NCBI GenBank assembly: GCA_043767805.1
Contig: JAYUGC010000085.1
Coordinates: forward strand, 1-64,000
DNA: 64,000 nucleotides
Source of the DNA: Pseudomonadota bacterium
Lineage (GTDB): Bacteria > Bdellovibrionota > FAC87 > UBA2466
Direction of reading: 5' to 3'
This document shows, piece by piece, positions 26,863-39,158 of the stretch (positions within the stretch are counted from its first letter, which is position 1; each line of letters starts with the position of its first letter). The notes beneath the pieces were generated by a model. The model worked only from the letters and a program-made list of their open reading frames with translations. It was not told where the DNA came from and made no database searches. The position numbers and the translations under genes are program-made.

Positions 26863-27629
26863 AAGCCATCGTACTCGCCGCGGGACTCGGCACCAGGCTC
26901 ATGCCCCTCACCGCGGATCGCCCCAAGTGCTTGGTCGCTCTGAGAGGCAAGAAGCTATTTGATTACCAGCGCGAGACGTTTCGCAAGAATGGCATCGACC
27001 AGCTCATCGTGGTCACCGGCTATTTCGCGGAAGCCTTTCGGCCTTATCAGGTATCGACCTGCTTCAATCCGGAGTTCGCGACCACCAACATGGTTCGCTC
27101 TCTCTTTTGCGCGGAAGCGGAGCTTACCGGGGACATCGTCATTTCCTATGGCGACATCATCTACGAGGAGCGAGTGCTGAAGACTCTCCTGGATACTCCG
27201 GGCGACGTGGTCGTCGGGGTCGACAAAAACTGGATGAACCTGTGGCAGGTCCGCATGGAAGACGTTCTGGCGGATGCCGAGACCATGAAGGTCAATGCGA
27301 AGGACCAGATTTTAGAGCTCGGAAAAAAGCCAAAGTCCTTGGACGAGATTCAAGGCCAGTACATGGGCCTCATCAAATTTTCCGCAAAGATAATGCCGGA
27401 AATTCGTAAGCTCTATCACTCGCTCGATCCGTCCGCTCTCTATGACGGTAAGCCACCCGCCAAGATGTTCATGACGTCTTTTTTGCAGCTGGTGATCGAT
27501 ACCTTGTGCCCGGTCCAAGCGGCGTTCATTCAAGGCGGATGGCTCGAAGTGGACACGGGACAAGACCTGGCGCTGTACGAAGCGCTCGAGCCGAAAAGCG
27601 CGCTCTTCGACTTCTCTTCGTTTCGTTAA
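26859..27629 (+). CDS. LicC-like nucleotidyltransferase, Cj1416-like CTP:phosphoglutamine cytidylyltransferase
   Basis: LAAGLGTRLMPLT.DRPKC, TNMV, ISYGDI, DAET, ELGKK, QYMGL, MTSFLQ, WLEVD. Confidence 0.87.
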   Translation: MKAIVLAAGLGTRLMPLTADRPKCLVALRGKKLFDYQRETFRKNGIDQLIVVTGYFAEAFRPYQVSTCFNPEFATTNMVRSLFCAEAELTGDIVISYGDIIYEERVLKTLLDTPGDVVVGVDKNWMNLWQVRMEDVLADAETMKVNAKDQILELGKKPKSLDEIQGQYMGLIKFSAKIMPEIRKLYHSLDPSALYDGKPPAKMFMTSFLQLVIDTLCPVQAAFIQGGWLEVDTGQDLALYEALEPKSALFDFSSFR

Positions 27630-28234
27630 GGCGCCCAGGCGAGGGAGAACTGCGGGAGAAAAATGCCGCGGTTTCTGAAGACGCCGATCTTCGCTTCGAG
27701 ACCCATGTGCACGGTCGGGGCGAGTGACGCCTTGATACCCGGTCTAAAGTAAGCCGCGAGGCCGAGCAGCGTTTCGTGGGCGCGGTAAACGTTGGGGCCC
27801 ATCCGGTTGTCTCCGCTAGCCAGATACGCCGCGGGTCCCACGGAAAGCCCGAGATAGGGAACGATGCCCGTCCAACCCATGACTGGGAAATCCCAGAGGA
27901 AGGTGGGCAAGGCCTGAACCAGCAGGGCGGAGCTTGCCGCGGGCGTGAAAGGGAAAGGCTTTAGGGGGTCGACGCCAGCCGCGTAGTCCCACTGATAGAC
28001 CCCCACGTCGAGACCCATCCAAAAGGGAGTCGGAATGCCGCCCCCTCGGGCGAAAGCCACCTCGGCACCCCAGCCCACCTGGCCATCGAAAAGTCCCAGG
28101 CCGCTTCCCAGGGACAGCTCCCAGCGGGTACCCGCGTCGGGCCGGATGAGCGAGCTTTGGGATTCAAAGGCCGGTAAGGAGAGGGTCCAAAGAGCGAGGG
28201 CCAAAGCCCCTTTCCAAAGATACGCGCGGTTCAT
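27626..28234 (-). CDS. Outer-membrane beta-barrel protein
   Basis: Signal peptide; amphipathic strands; PYLGLSVG; aromatic C-terminus. Confidence 0.6.
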   Translation of the reverse strand: MNRAYLWKGALALALWTLSLPAFESQSSLIRPDAGTRWELSLGSGLGLFDGQVGWGAEVAFARGGGIPTPFWMGLDVGVYQWDYAAGVDPLKPFPFTPAASSALLVQALPTFLWDFPVMGWTGIVPYLGLSVGPAAYLASGDNRMGPNVYRAHETLLGLAAYFRPGIKASLAPTVHMGLEAKIGVFRNRGIFLPQFSLAWAP

Positions 28235-28324
28235 ATGGGAGGGATGGTACCACCCGAGATCTCTAGTGAAAAGTCGTTACGCCGCCTCTCGCCACAACGC
28301 GAAATTTCAGCTAACCTCCTTCAA

Positions 28325-29586
28325 ATGGAAATCAAAGCGGTGCGCGGCATGCACGACTTGGTGGGCGACGAGCTACACCGCTGGACCGTGGTCGAAGATC
28401 GCGTAAAAACAGTCCTCGCCTCGTTCGGCTACCAAGAAATCCGCACGCCCGTTTTGGAAAGCGTCGAAGTCTTCACGAAGTCGGTGGGCGATCAAACGGA
28501 CATCGTGGAAAAGCAGATGTACCTGGTCGAAAAAGAAGAAGGCGCGTTGGCTTTGCGACCAGAAGGTACGTCCGGATTCATCCGCGCCTTAGTGGAGCAT
28601 GGCCTCGCCCGCGCGGGTCAGGTACAGCGCTATTACTATTACCTGCCGATGTTCCGTCACGAGCGTCCGCAGAAGGGACGCCAACGGCAGTTCCATCAAT
28701 TTGGCGCCGAGCTGATAAACGATCCGTCTCCGGAAGCCGACGCGGAGCTCATCATCCTGCTCGATTGCATTTACAAGAGCTTCGGTCTGTCGAACTACCA
28801 GATCGAGTTGAATAGCCTCGGCACTCCCGATAGCCGCCAAGCGCACCGCGAAGCGCTCCAAAGCTTTTTCCGCCCTCGCCTCTCCGAGCTTTGCCCGCAA
28901 TGTCAGGCTCGGTTCGAGCGAGCGCCGATACGCATCTTGGATTGCAAGAACGAGACGTGCCAGGCGATAGCCCTTGGCGCGCCGATGATGCTCGACTTCT
29001 TGTCCGCGGAAGATGCGGCCCATTTTCAAGCGGTCCAGAAGCATTTGACCGCCTGCAAAGTTACGTTCGTCGTGAACCCGCGCATTGTGCGTGGTCTCGA
29101 CTACTACTGCAAGACGGCGTTCGAATTTCAAAGCTCCGCTCTCGGCGCGCAAAGCGCGCTCGGCGGCGGTGGCCGTTACGACGGTCTCTCGACCCGCTTC
29201 GGCGCGCCCGCGTTTCCCGCGGTCGGCTGGGGCATCGGCATGGAGCGTCTTCTCATTGCTCTGGAGGCTTCGGGTTTTGATTTCGGAACCCCGCCCAAAC
29301 CCATGGTCTACCTCGCCCCGCTGGGCGACGGCGCCTTCGATCACCTCTACACGGTGGCGATTGCCCTCAAGCGCGCCGGGCTTCGCGCGGAGATGAACTA
29401 CGCCCACGGTAAGAAACTCAATTTCTACTTAAAAGACGCGGACCGCTCCGGCGCTCGCTTCCTAGTGATGGTCGGCGACAACGAGCTGGCCGCGGGAAAA
29501 GCCGTCCTCAAGGACCTGACGGCGAGAACCCAGGTGGACATTCCGCTTGACCAAATCGAATCTGAATTAGTCAGGAGACATAAATC

Positions 29587-29590
<4 letters not shown>
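28325..29590 (+). CDS. hisS: Histidine--tRNA ligase
   Basis: [43 protein letters not shown]. Confidence 0.97.
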
Positions 29591-31397
<1,807 letters not shown>

Positions 31398-31401
<4 letters not shown>

Positions 31402-31904
31402 AAAGTAGAGGGCGTCGACGCGACGCCGTCCCCGGGCTGAGGCAGCTGGCAGATATTTAAGAACTTCGAGGTCGACTCGAGCGGATTTTTCAGTCCCGGC
31501 TGATAGACGGAAATCACGAGGCTCGAATATTGAGCGAGCTCGTCGACGGTGAGCGCACCGAGCTTCATCGTTTTGCCCAGGTAGAGCCGCGTTTGCTGGA
31601 CCACCTCACGGTACACGCCGTCGGAACCGGAAGCCGTAATGTTGATTAAATCGCTAAGGCGCGTGAGCGCGATGGGCGTGAGGTACAAGAAATAGATCCG
31701 TACGTCGGTCGTCGATTGCACAAGCTGTAAGTCGAAGTTGCCGAGGTTTCTCTGGCTCGAGCCTGCAGTGTAATCGCACGCGAGCTGCCCGTAGGTAGCC
31801 TTGGGCAAAGTCGAGTTACGGGAATTGGCCTTGCCGCAGCCGCAAAGCACGGCGAGCACGGACCAAAGCGTGAAGAGCGCTAGTTTTCCAGGTCGATGCC
31901 GCAC
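31398..31904 (-). CDS. Hypothetical lipoprotein (paralog A)
   Basis: Lipobox LCGC; aligns by eye with 32117-32566. Confidence 0.75.
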
Positions 31905-31933
31905 AAGTTGATTCCCCTTACTTGAAGAAAGAA

Positions 31934-31949
31934 TGCAACCCGCCTGCCA
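31934..31949 (-). promoter_or_regulatory. Putative sigma54 -24/-12 promoter
   Basis: TGGCAGGCGGGTTGCA about 30 nt upstream of start. Confidence 0.7.
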
Positions 31950-32116
31950 GAACGCCGGGAAGCGCCTAAACCGCCGAATTCAGGAATGGTTTGAGAGAAA
32001 GCGCGGTATCAGGGAAACGCTAAAAAGTAGCGATCTCCCTTTCCGCGTGATCAGACCCTATACAGTCAGTCTACGCTGGCCCCTTAGGGGCCTAGGCTTC
32101 GACTGACAAGCCAGTC

Positions 32117-32566
32117 TTAGTTTGCCTTTCCCATTTCGCCAGGGAGGGGCAACCGGCAAACCGCGTCCTTTTCAGGGGTAGCTTCCAAAAAGGTCACTCC
32201 CGGCTGATAAGGCGTGATCGCCAGAATGTCGTAGGACTCGAGCTCTTTGTCCGTCAGGGTACCGGCCAGGATTTCCATGTCCTGGTTCACGACCACCTGG
32301 GTCTGGAGCTCTCTATATTGAAGGCTCTGATTTGCCACCGTGATGCTCACGATGTCGCCCGGTGCATCCAGAGAAACTGGAATGACCGAGACTTGATAGA
32401 TTCCGGAGGTCGACGTCGGGTAGACGTAAACATCGAAGGAACCTAAGGTACCGTCACAATATCCCAAGCCATAACCGGATTGAGGAATCAAACTTTTCCG
32501 GGAACAACTAGTGAGGGATAAGGCGAGGGTAAAAACCAACGCTACAATCCACCAACGCTTCATCAT
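32117..32566 (-). CDS. Hypothetical lipoprotein (paralog B)
   Basis: Lipobox LTSC; GGAG SD; shares YG..CD, LG.FD, YRE, YQPG, C.LP.PG with paralog A. Confidence 0.78.
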   Translation of the reverse strand: MMKRWWIVALVFTLALSLTSCSRKSLIPQSGYGLGYCDGTLGSFDVYVYPTSTSGIYQVSVIPVSLDAPGDIVSITVANQSLQYRELQTQVVVNQDMEILAGTLTDKELESYDILAITPYQPGVTFLEATPEKDAVCRLPLPGEMGKAN

Positions 32567-32641
32567 GAGCAAAGCACTCCCAAGCATAAGCAACGCCCAA
32601 CTTTCCGCTTCCACAAGTAAACCAACTCAGCGGGCTAATAG

Positions 32642-32657
32642 TGCAAAGAGAGCGCCA
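32642..32657 (-). promoter_or_regulatory. Putative sigma54 -24/-12 promoter
   Basis: TGGCGCTCTCTTTGCA (GG-N10-GC). Confidence 0.65.
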
Positions 32658-32879
32658 AGGGACGCGCAAGAGGGGAAGTAGCTGACGACACAACTGTGTT
32701 CGGAGGGAGTTCGGGGAAAACCGAAAACACGCGGTTAGCAAAACAGTTTCGACGGGCACTGACAGTGCTCTGACACCCCCCGCGAAAAGCAGCGTATTTT
32801 CGGCACTCTAAGAAAAGCGACTAGCTTTGAGCGGGTGTCGGCTTTCTATACGATCAGTGTCACGCTACGGCCGGCTGCT

Positions 32880-34079
32880 TCAGGTGCGGGATCCGAGTCG
32901 CAGAACTTGCCCGGCCTGGATTCTGTTTTTGTGGAGGCGGTTGAGCTTCTTCAGCCCCGAGATGCTCATTCCGAATCGCTCGGCGATTCCCGTCAGGGTA
33001 TCTCCCGACCTAACCCGGTAGCGCCCGGATCTAGCCTTGCCGACCGAGCTTGGGCTTCGGAACGAGTGGCCCCCACTTCCTGCGACACGCAGAAGAGGAA
33101 GGGTCGCCATCGCATTCACCAAGTGGGGGGCGTTCGCCGACGGCAGCCAGATCTTGTACGACTTGTCGCCAGGAGGCGTGTGATCCCTCAGCAGACTAGG
33201 ATTGAACTCCTTTAACTCGGGAACGGAAACCCGGGCCGCCTTCGCGAGGTTCGAAAGTTTCACGGGCGAGGGAACCATCACGCCGGTAACCTCAGGGTAC
33301 GGATCCGCTTCGGGCGTCTTGAACCCGTACTTCTCGGGATCGTTACCAATGAGGGTGGCTGCGAGAAAGATCGGAACGTAATCATTCGTCTCTTTGGGGA
33401 GTACTTTCTTCTCGACCAGCGTCCAGAAGTCGCGGCTCTTGCCCTTCATGATGGCCCGCATGATCCTCCCTTCGCCCGCGTTGTAAGCGCAGAGCGCGAG
33501 ATGCCAGGAGCCGAAAATATTATGCAGATCGATCAGATACAAAGCAGCGGCCCGGGTGGCGCGAGCCGGATCTCTCCTCTCGTCCACGAAGGGCGTCGAC
33601 TTGAGTCCGTATCTTTCGCTCGTTCCCCGGACGAATTGCCAGATGCCGACGGCCTTTTGGTTTGAGGTCGCGTGGGTTACGTACCCGCTCTCAATCATGG
33701 CCAGATAGTAGAACTCCTCGGGGACGCCGTGCTCTTTTAGAATCTGCTGAACCATCGTCTTGTAACGAGAGCCGCGAGCGAGGAAGCGGGTGAAGGTCTC
33801 ACGCGCCTTACCGGAAAAATGGGCGATCCATTTCTCGACGCTCTTATTCACCTCCATCAGCACTTCCGGGTGCGAGGTGACTTCCGTCGGGTCTTCGGGG
33901 GTTAGGGCTTCCGCGGTTCGGCCGAACTTCGCATCCGCGCGGACCAACTCTTCCGTGAGGGGGTCCGAGGACGCTCTTTCCGAATCGGGCGCGAGTGGAG
34001 GAGAGCTCACCAGCCCCCGCTTCACGGCGCAGCCGGATAGGAGCAAGGCCAGCAGGAGGGTCTGGGAGATGCGTCGCAT
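32880..34079 (-). CDS. mltD: MltD-type lytic transglycosylase with LysM, lipoprotein
   Basis: LLSGC lipobox, AMIESG, AVGIWQF, DERRDP, AYNAGEG, LPKETNDYVP, LysM VRSGDTL. Confidence 0.88.
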   Translation of the reverse strand: MRRISQTLLLALLLSGCAVKRGLVSSPPLAPDSERASSDPLTEELVRADAKFGRTAEALTPEDPTEVTSHPEVLMEVNKSVEKWIAHFSGKARETFTRFLARGSRYKTMVQQILKEHGVPEEFYYLAMIESGYVTHATSNQKAVGIWQFVRGTSERYGLKSTPFVDERRDPARATRAAALYLIDLHNIFGSWHLALCAYNAGEGRIMRAIMKGKSRDFWTLVEKKVLPKETNDYVPIFLAATLIGNDPEKYGFKTPEADPYPEVTGVMVPSPVKLSNLAKAARVSVPELKEFNPSLLRDHTPPGDKSYKIWLPSANAPHLVNAMATLPLLRVAGSGGHSFRSPSSVGKARSGRYRVRSGDTLTGIAERFGMSISGLKKLNRLHKNRIQAGQVLRLGSRT

Positions 34080-34165
34080 TGGGTCGATTCCTGGTTTTAA
34101 GTTAAGGAAAGAGACTGCCCCAGGCAATAGACGTAAGACCCGGCGATCTCGTCACACGGCCAGGG

Positions 34166-34705
34166 TCACGCCACGGCCGGGTTCATCTCGCGCGCGAAGG
34201 GATCCGGCGTGGGCTCGAAGATGGTGCAGATGCGGTTCACCTTATATCTAAGGTGGAGCAAATCGTAGCCCGCAAGATAAGGGAGCTTTCTCAAACCGCG
34301 CGCAAGATCAGCGGCATCCGGGATCGATTCCGCAAGAACCCGCTTGAGCTCGAGGTAAGCGGACTGCTCGTTCAGAATCTGAAGATTGAGCAGCGACTTC
34401 TGCGACTCGTTCAAATCCTGAAACTGAAAGCCCATGCCGCACTCAATCTCGCAGCGCTGTCTATCGAAGACGATGTGCACGACTTTGGCTTTTACCGCCA
34501 GGCACGTCGGCTGGCCGGGCAAAAAGAAAGCCACGAAGCCATCGGTGTCGATGGGGTAAGGCTCAAGGCTGGTCACGAACACGCCGCCGCGGCTCAAGTT
34601 GGTCGCATACGCCGTCATGGACTTCTTGCCGTCCGTGAAGATGATCTTCTCGTTGAACGGCAGGCGGTACTCTTTGCGGCGCTCGATGAAGTTTGCGTCC
34701 TTCAT
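34166..34705 (-). CDS. PilZ-domain protein
   Basis: ERRKEYR and NLSRGG c-di-GMP motifs; GMGFQF. Confidence 0.88.
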   Translation of the reverse strand: MKDANFIERRKEYRLPFNEKIIFTDGKKSMTAYATNLSRGGVFVTSLEPYPIDTDGFVAFFLPGQPTCLAVKAKVVHIVFDRQRCEIECGMGFQFQDLNESQKSLLNLQILNEQSAYLELKRVLAESIPDAADLARGLRKLPYLAGYDLLHLRYKVNRICTIFEPTPDPFAREMNPAVA

Positions 34706-35040
34706 TACAGTTCCTTCTCCAATAAAGTCTTCAAACGGGCCTGATCTCTGGCCTCGATGTCATCGATGACGGGACGAGGCCGGGTGCCGCGCTTGGGAGG
34801 AGGCGCGCGGTGAGGCCGCTCGGTGGAGATGCCGAGACTGGCCATCCATTTTCTCAGGTACTCGGACTCGATGTGCGCGGAGCTCTGGCGGATCCAAGGC
34901 TCGGGACCCGATTTCCACGCACTCGCCACCTTAGTAGTGAGAAGCTCTGCCAGGGGCGTGCCCCCGACTTTGATTTGCCCCACGGCTAGGATCACCGCGA
35001 CAAAGAAAACGAATTTTATGACTCTGAGCAGGATTCCCAT
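34705..35040 (-). CDS. Hypothetical membrane-anchored protein
   Basis: N-terminal TM then GQIKVGG; abuts the PilZ gene. Confidence 0.65.
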   Translation of the reverse strand: MGILLRVIKFVFFVAVILAVGQIKVGGTPLAELLTTKVASAWKSGPEPWIRQSSAHIESEYLRKWMASLGISTERPHRAPPPKRGTRPRPVIDDIEARDQARLKTLLEKEL

Positions 35041-35173
35041 AGGTGGAAGAAAAAAGAAGAGGAGAAGTCGACTCCTTTATTCTACCACACTGGTCTTACG
35101 AGACGGATCGGTTATACTTAAAGAGACAGCTCGCTTTCCTCCTCTGAAAATAACCAAAAAATCGGAGTCCTTC

Positions 35174-35653
35174 ATGTCCCAGCACGTTTCAGAAACGTGC
35201 AATGAGGGTAATGGAACGTGGCTTCCCTTGATCGAGTATTCCGTAAAGAGTGGCATCAGTCTCAGCACCATCCGGCGAAAAATCAAAAGCAACAGCATCC
35301 CGTTCCGCCTCGAAAACGGCCGATACCTCATCTTGTTCCAAGAGCAGGGTATGTCGAACTTGCGTTCGAACCAGCCATCCAGCTCGGCTAATTTCAGTAG
35401 AACCCAGGAAAAAGTAGCGACCCGCACCACTGTCGCCCACGTCGAAAGACGCTTGGCGATATTGCCCTCGGCCCCCGGCATGGACGGCGAGGACTCGGTG
35501 CACATGCTAGTTGATGCTTTTGAGCACGCTCTGAAGGAAAAGGACGAAAGAATCCAGCTTCTCGAGAAGCTGGTCGGTGACCTCGACGAACGTATCAACG
35601 AGTTGAGATTGCTAGTCCGGGTACTCGAAGAGAAGTACGAAGTCCGTTACTAA
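35174..35653 (+). CDS. HTH plus coiled-coil hypothetical protein
   Basis: WLPLIEYS..GISLSTIRRKIK winged-HTH-like start; coiled-coil C-terminus; GGAG SD. Confidence 0.7.
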   Translation: MSQHVSETCNEGNGTWLPLIEYSVKSGISLSTIRRKIKSNSIPFRLENGRYLILFQEQGMSNLRSNQPSSSANFSRTQEKVATRTTVAHVERRLAILPSAPGMDGEDSVHMLVDAFEHALKEKDERIQLLEKLVGDLDERINELRLLVRVLEEKYEVRY

Positions 35654-35669
35654 AGTTGCACAGCCTCCC

Positions 35670-36479
35670 ATGAAAAATAAATACGTCCTTCAGATGACGG
35701 CCGTGGCCGTCCTGGCGGCGATTACCCTCGGGCTCGCTATCGGGTTCGATCGCACCCGTGCGCCTTTTCTCACCGGAGACGCCCAGGCCGATTGGACCGC
35801 GGCAGCGAGCGCGTTGGAAAAGGGCGATCCCGCGTCAGCCAAAACGGCGCTCACCCGGTGGATAACCGCGGCGGAGGCTCAAGGCATTCGCTCGCCCGAA
35901 GCGAACTTCAACCTAGCGAGCGCGCTCTGGAATTTGAAAGAGCCCGGGCCCGCGGCGGCCGAGCTCTTGAAAAGCCTGCTGACCGCTCAGTCCTTGAGCC
36001 ACATCGCTCGCGCGCAATCGGTGCTGGCCAGCATGCAGCGAGAGCTCGGAGTCAGCGACTCGGTCGCGCGCGAGAATCGTTTTCTGTCTCGCGTATGGAT
36101 AACCGACAACGGCTTAACTTTCCTCTTCGCGCTCGGCTTCTGGTCCCTGGTGGGAATGGCGCTGACTCTCAAGCGACGGCAAGATTCCGTCCGCCTCCCC
36201 GCCGTCCTCGGCTGGATGGTCCTGCCGGTTCTCACCTTTTGCCTGGCCAGCGGAGCCCTGAGCCTTCGCGACATCAAAGGCGGCTACGCCGTCTTGGATA
36301 CCGCGGAAGGCGCGATCGGCTTATTCCCGAGCCCTCGCTTGGATACCCAAGAGAAGCTGCTCGATCTCCCGGCGGGAACCCTCGTGCACTCCACGGGCGA
36401 AACGCAAAACGGCTTTCTGCGCATCGATAGCCCGGTCATCGCCTGGGTCCAAACCCCACAAATCCGCCTCCCCGACTAG
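35670..36479 (+). CDS. BatE-like TPR/TM/SH3 membrane protein
   Basis: ANFNLASA TPR-like segment, two TM segments, SH3b-like LPAGT..IAWV end. Confidence 0.6.
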   Translation: MKNKYVLQMTAVAVLAAITLGLAIGFDRTRAPFLTGDAQADWTAAASALEKGDPASAKTALTRWITAAEAQGIRSPEANFNLASALWNLKEPGPAAAELLKSLLTAQSLSHIARAQSVLASMQRELGVSDSVARENRFLSRVWITDNGLTFLFALGFWSLVGMALTLKRRQDSVRLPAVLGWMVLPVLTFCLASGALSLRDIKGGYAVLDTAEGAIGLFPSPRLDTQEKLLDLPAGTLVHSTGETQNGFLRIDSPVIAWVQTPQIRLPD

Positions 36480-36481
36480 TC

Positions 36482-36505
36482 ATCTTAAAAGGTACGTTTT
36501 AAGAT
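36482..36505. repeat. REP-like palindrome, internally shortened copy
   Basis: atcttaaaa-ggtacg-ttttaagat between convergent genes; shares tcttaaaaggtac with 14341 and 63402. Confidence 0.7.
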
Positions 36506-37045
36506 TTAGTGCTGAGCGCTGAGGCGCTCTTGCAGGAACTCGGTGAGCTGCGCGCCGAGCGGAGAACTTTCCGGATTTTCGGATTTGAGTAGCTCGTAGT
36601 GGCTGTCGAGCGAGCTACGAAGCGCGGTGAGGAAACTGTGCTTTTGCCGCTGCGTCTCTTCGAGACGCTGGAGGACTTCCTCGAGCCAGCCTTCGGTGTT
36701 CTGGCGAATCTTTGAAGCTCTCTCGTCCACGTCTTGGAGCATGCGGGCCGCTTCTTTCGAAGCTTGCGCGCGAATCTCATCGGCGTCCGCCACGGCTTTC
36801 TCGCGGATCTGAGCGAGCTCCGTTTCGCGGCCCTTCCATTTGCCCAGCTCCTCGGTGAGAGTCGCTAGCTTCTTCTGCAAAATCTTTTCTTCGCGCGCCG
36901 TCTTCTCGACGGACTTGGCGATGAGGTCCAGGAACTCCGCCACTTCATTCGGGTCGAAGCCGCGGAACGCTTTCGTGAACTCTTTGCTCTTGATGTCGGC
37001 CGGGCTGAACTTACGAGCGGAAAGGTCGGTCTCTTTGTTTTCCAT
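36506..37045 (-). CDS. divIVA: DivIVA-domain protein
   Basis: SPADIKSKEF.KAFRGFDPNEVAEFLD plus coiled coil; follows yggS. Confidence 0.9.
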   Translation of the reverse strand: MENKETDLSARKFSPADIKSKEFTKAFRGFDPNEVAEFLDLIAKSVEKTAREEKILQKKLATLTEELGKWKGRETELAQIREKAVADADEIRAQASKEAARMLQDVDERASKIRQNTEGWLEEVLQRLEETQRQKHSFLTALRSSLDSHYELLKSENPESSPLGAQLTEFLQERLSAQH

Positions 37046-37127
37046 CGCCACTCCTTGGATTGATCCGGATCGGGGGGAATTTAACACGACGGTTTTTCCG
37101 TTGGAAAGGGCACCTCGTCAAAGGACG

Positions 37128-37796
37128 CTAGCCAATTTTCGGAGGGCGGGCGCCGAAGAGAATGGTGCCGAGCCGGACCAAGTTGGCGCCCTCGGAGACG
37201 GCTTCGCGGTAATCCTCGGAAGTGCCGACCGACAGCCATCTCAGGCCATGGGATTTCTCGAACCGATCGAAGAGCTGGCGCATCGCCTTGAAATGAGGAC
37301 GGCGGGCCCCCACCGGATCGAGCGGGGGCGGCAAGGCCATGAGGCCGTCGACCTTAAGATGAGGCAGCGCGAGAAGGGAATCTAGGAACGGTTCCAAAGC
37401 AGTGGGCAGTACCCCCGACTTCGAGGCTTCTTCGCCAATGTTTACCTCGGCGAAAACCCGGATTTTCCGCCCGGCATTGCCGGCCCGGTGACTCAGCTCT
37501 TCGGCGACGGAGCCTCGGTCGAGGCTTTCCACGCAATCATAAGACACCAGGTCCCGCGCTTTTCGGCTCTGGATATGCCCGATGAAATGCCAGTCCCCTT
37601 TGAAATCCGGGAGGCCCGCCCTCAACGAAGCCCCTTCCTGAACGTAGTTGCAGCCTAAAACGGTGAGTCCCGCCTTTACGCCCTCAATCACCTTATCCAC
37701 GGTCTGACCTTTGATCACGCCTTCCACCCGCACGTCCTTGCCGCCGGCTTTCCGAATGGCCTCCTGAATCGAAGCTAAATTCTCGGCGATGCTCAC
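37128..37796 (-). CDS. yggS: PLP homeostasis protein YggS
   Basis: NYVQE, WHFIGHIQSRK, EVNIGEEASKSG, GANLVRLGT.LFG. Confidence 0.92.
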   Translation of the reverse strand: MSIAENLASIQEAIRKAGGKDVRVEGVIKGQTVDKVIEGVKAGLTVLGCNYVQEGASLRAGLPDFKGDWHFIGHIQSRKARDLVSYDCVESLDRGSVAEELSHRAGNAGRKIRVFAEVNIGEEASKSGVLPTALEPFLDSLLALPHLKVDGLMALPPPLDPVGARRPHFKAMRQLFDRFEKSHGLRWLSVGTSEDYREAVSEGANLVRLGTILFGARPPKIG

Positions 37797-38395
37797 GGAG
37801 CTACCCACTGCCAGGGCGGAATTCCGGTCAAAGCCTCAAGGTCCTTTAAGAGCTGCTCGATGGGAAGGCCCATCACATTGGTATAGGACCCATCGATTCT
37901 GGAAATGAAGAGGGACGCGAGGCCCTGAATGCCGTAGGAACCGGCCTTGTCGAAGGGCTCGCGGGACAGCAGATAGTTGTCGATTTCCGGCACGGTAAGG
38001 GTGCGAAAGCGGATTTCGGTACGCACGCAGGAGCGCCTCTCCCCATGCTGCGTCGAGACAAGCGCCATACCGGTCACAACCGAGTGCGACCGGCCCGAAA
38101 GGGCCCGAAGCATGCGGCGGGCATCTTCCTCGTCCACGGGCTTACCCAAGACCTCGTCGTCCAAAACGACCACGGTGTCGGCACCTATAATTAGGGAGTT
38201 CGCGGGCGCCTTGGCCACCACTTCTTGGGCCTTACTAAAGGCATTGTTCATCACGATCCCGGCTACTTCCCGGGAGGTTCCGGTCTTTTCCTCGGCCGAG
38301 GACGGCATGACCTCGCAGGTCAAACCTAGGGCTTCGAGAATCTGCCTACGGCGCGGAGACTGAGAAGCGAGGATTAAGCGAGGCTGGTTTTTCAT
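37793..38395 (-). CDS. maf: Maf-family NTP pyrophosphatase
   Basis: LILASQSPRR, GADTVV, DKAGSYGIQG, NVMGLP. Confidence 0.95.
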   Translation of the reverse strand: MKNQPRLILASQSPRRRQILEALGLTCEVMPSSAEEKTGTSREVAGIVMNNAFSKAQEVVAKAPANSLIIGADTVVVLDDEVLGKPVDEEDARRMLRALSGRSHSVVTGMALVSTQHGERRSCVRTEIRFRTLTVPEIDNYLLSREPFDKAGSYGIQGLASLFISRIDGSYTNVMGLPIEQLLKDLEALTGIPPWQWVAP

Positions 38396-38660
38396 TCAGA
38401 TTACTTCTGCCTCGACAGAGGGGCTCATGACAAGGTCGCGACGAGTCAAAATTTCAAAAAGTCACGGATACTAGGAAACTCGATCTCAGCGGTCAAGCAG
38501 GTTTCTCACTATGAAGCAATCACCTATAAATTATTGGATTTACACAAAAAACTCTAGGGCGTGTGACATACCACGAATCAGAAACGTCTTAGGTAATGCA
38601 ATGGAGGAACGCGTGTGCTATACACAGGGCTCAAATTTTTCTAGCAGGGGTGGCGGAGAA

Positions 38661-39158
38661 ATGCACCAATTCAAAGTTGGCGAGAACGCGGTTCATCTTT
38701 CACATGGCGTAGGCGTGGTGAGAGGTATTGAAGAACGTGAATTCAGCGGCGGGCTGAAGCAGAGATTCTATATCATCGAAATCCAGGACAATGGTGCGCC
38801 TAAAAAGGTGTTCGTGCCCCTCGAAAGCTCCGACAAGCGCCTTCGTCCCATCATCAAACAGCGGGAAGTGGACGAGGTCTACAAGATCCTTCGTAAGAAG
38901 GATATCTCTCCCATCGATCACCAGACGTGGAACCGCCGTTACCGGGAATATATGGAGAAGATCCATACCGGTCAGGTCCAGGAAATCGCGGAAGTGCTTC
39001 GCGCCCTGTTCCTCTTGAAGCATGACAAGGACCTCTCGTTCGGCGAAAGAAAGCTCCTCGATCAGGCGAAAACCCTGCTCGTGAAGGAGCTCTCGCTGGC
39101 TCAGAACATCCTCGAAGAAGAGGTTGAAAAAGAGCTGGCCGCCATTTTCGGAACGTGA
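38661..39158 (+). CDS. carD: CarD/CdnL family transcription factor
   Basis: FKVGE..HGVG, TWNRRYREY, LSFGERKLLD; upstream of ispDF. Confidence 0.92.
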   Translation: MHQFKVGENAVHLSHGVGVVRGIEEREFSGGLKQRFYIIEIQDNGAPKKVFVPLESSDKRLRPIIKQREVDEVYKILRKKDISPIDHQTWNRRYREYMEKIHTGQVQEIAEVLRALFLLKHDKDLSFGERKLLDQAKTLLVKELSLAQNILEEEVEKELAAIFGT

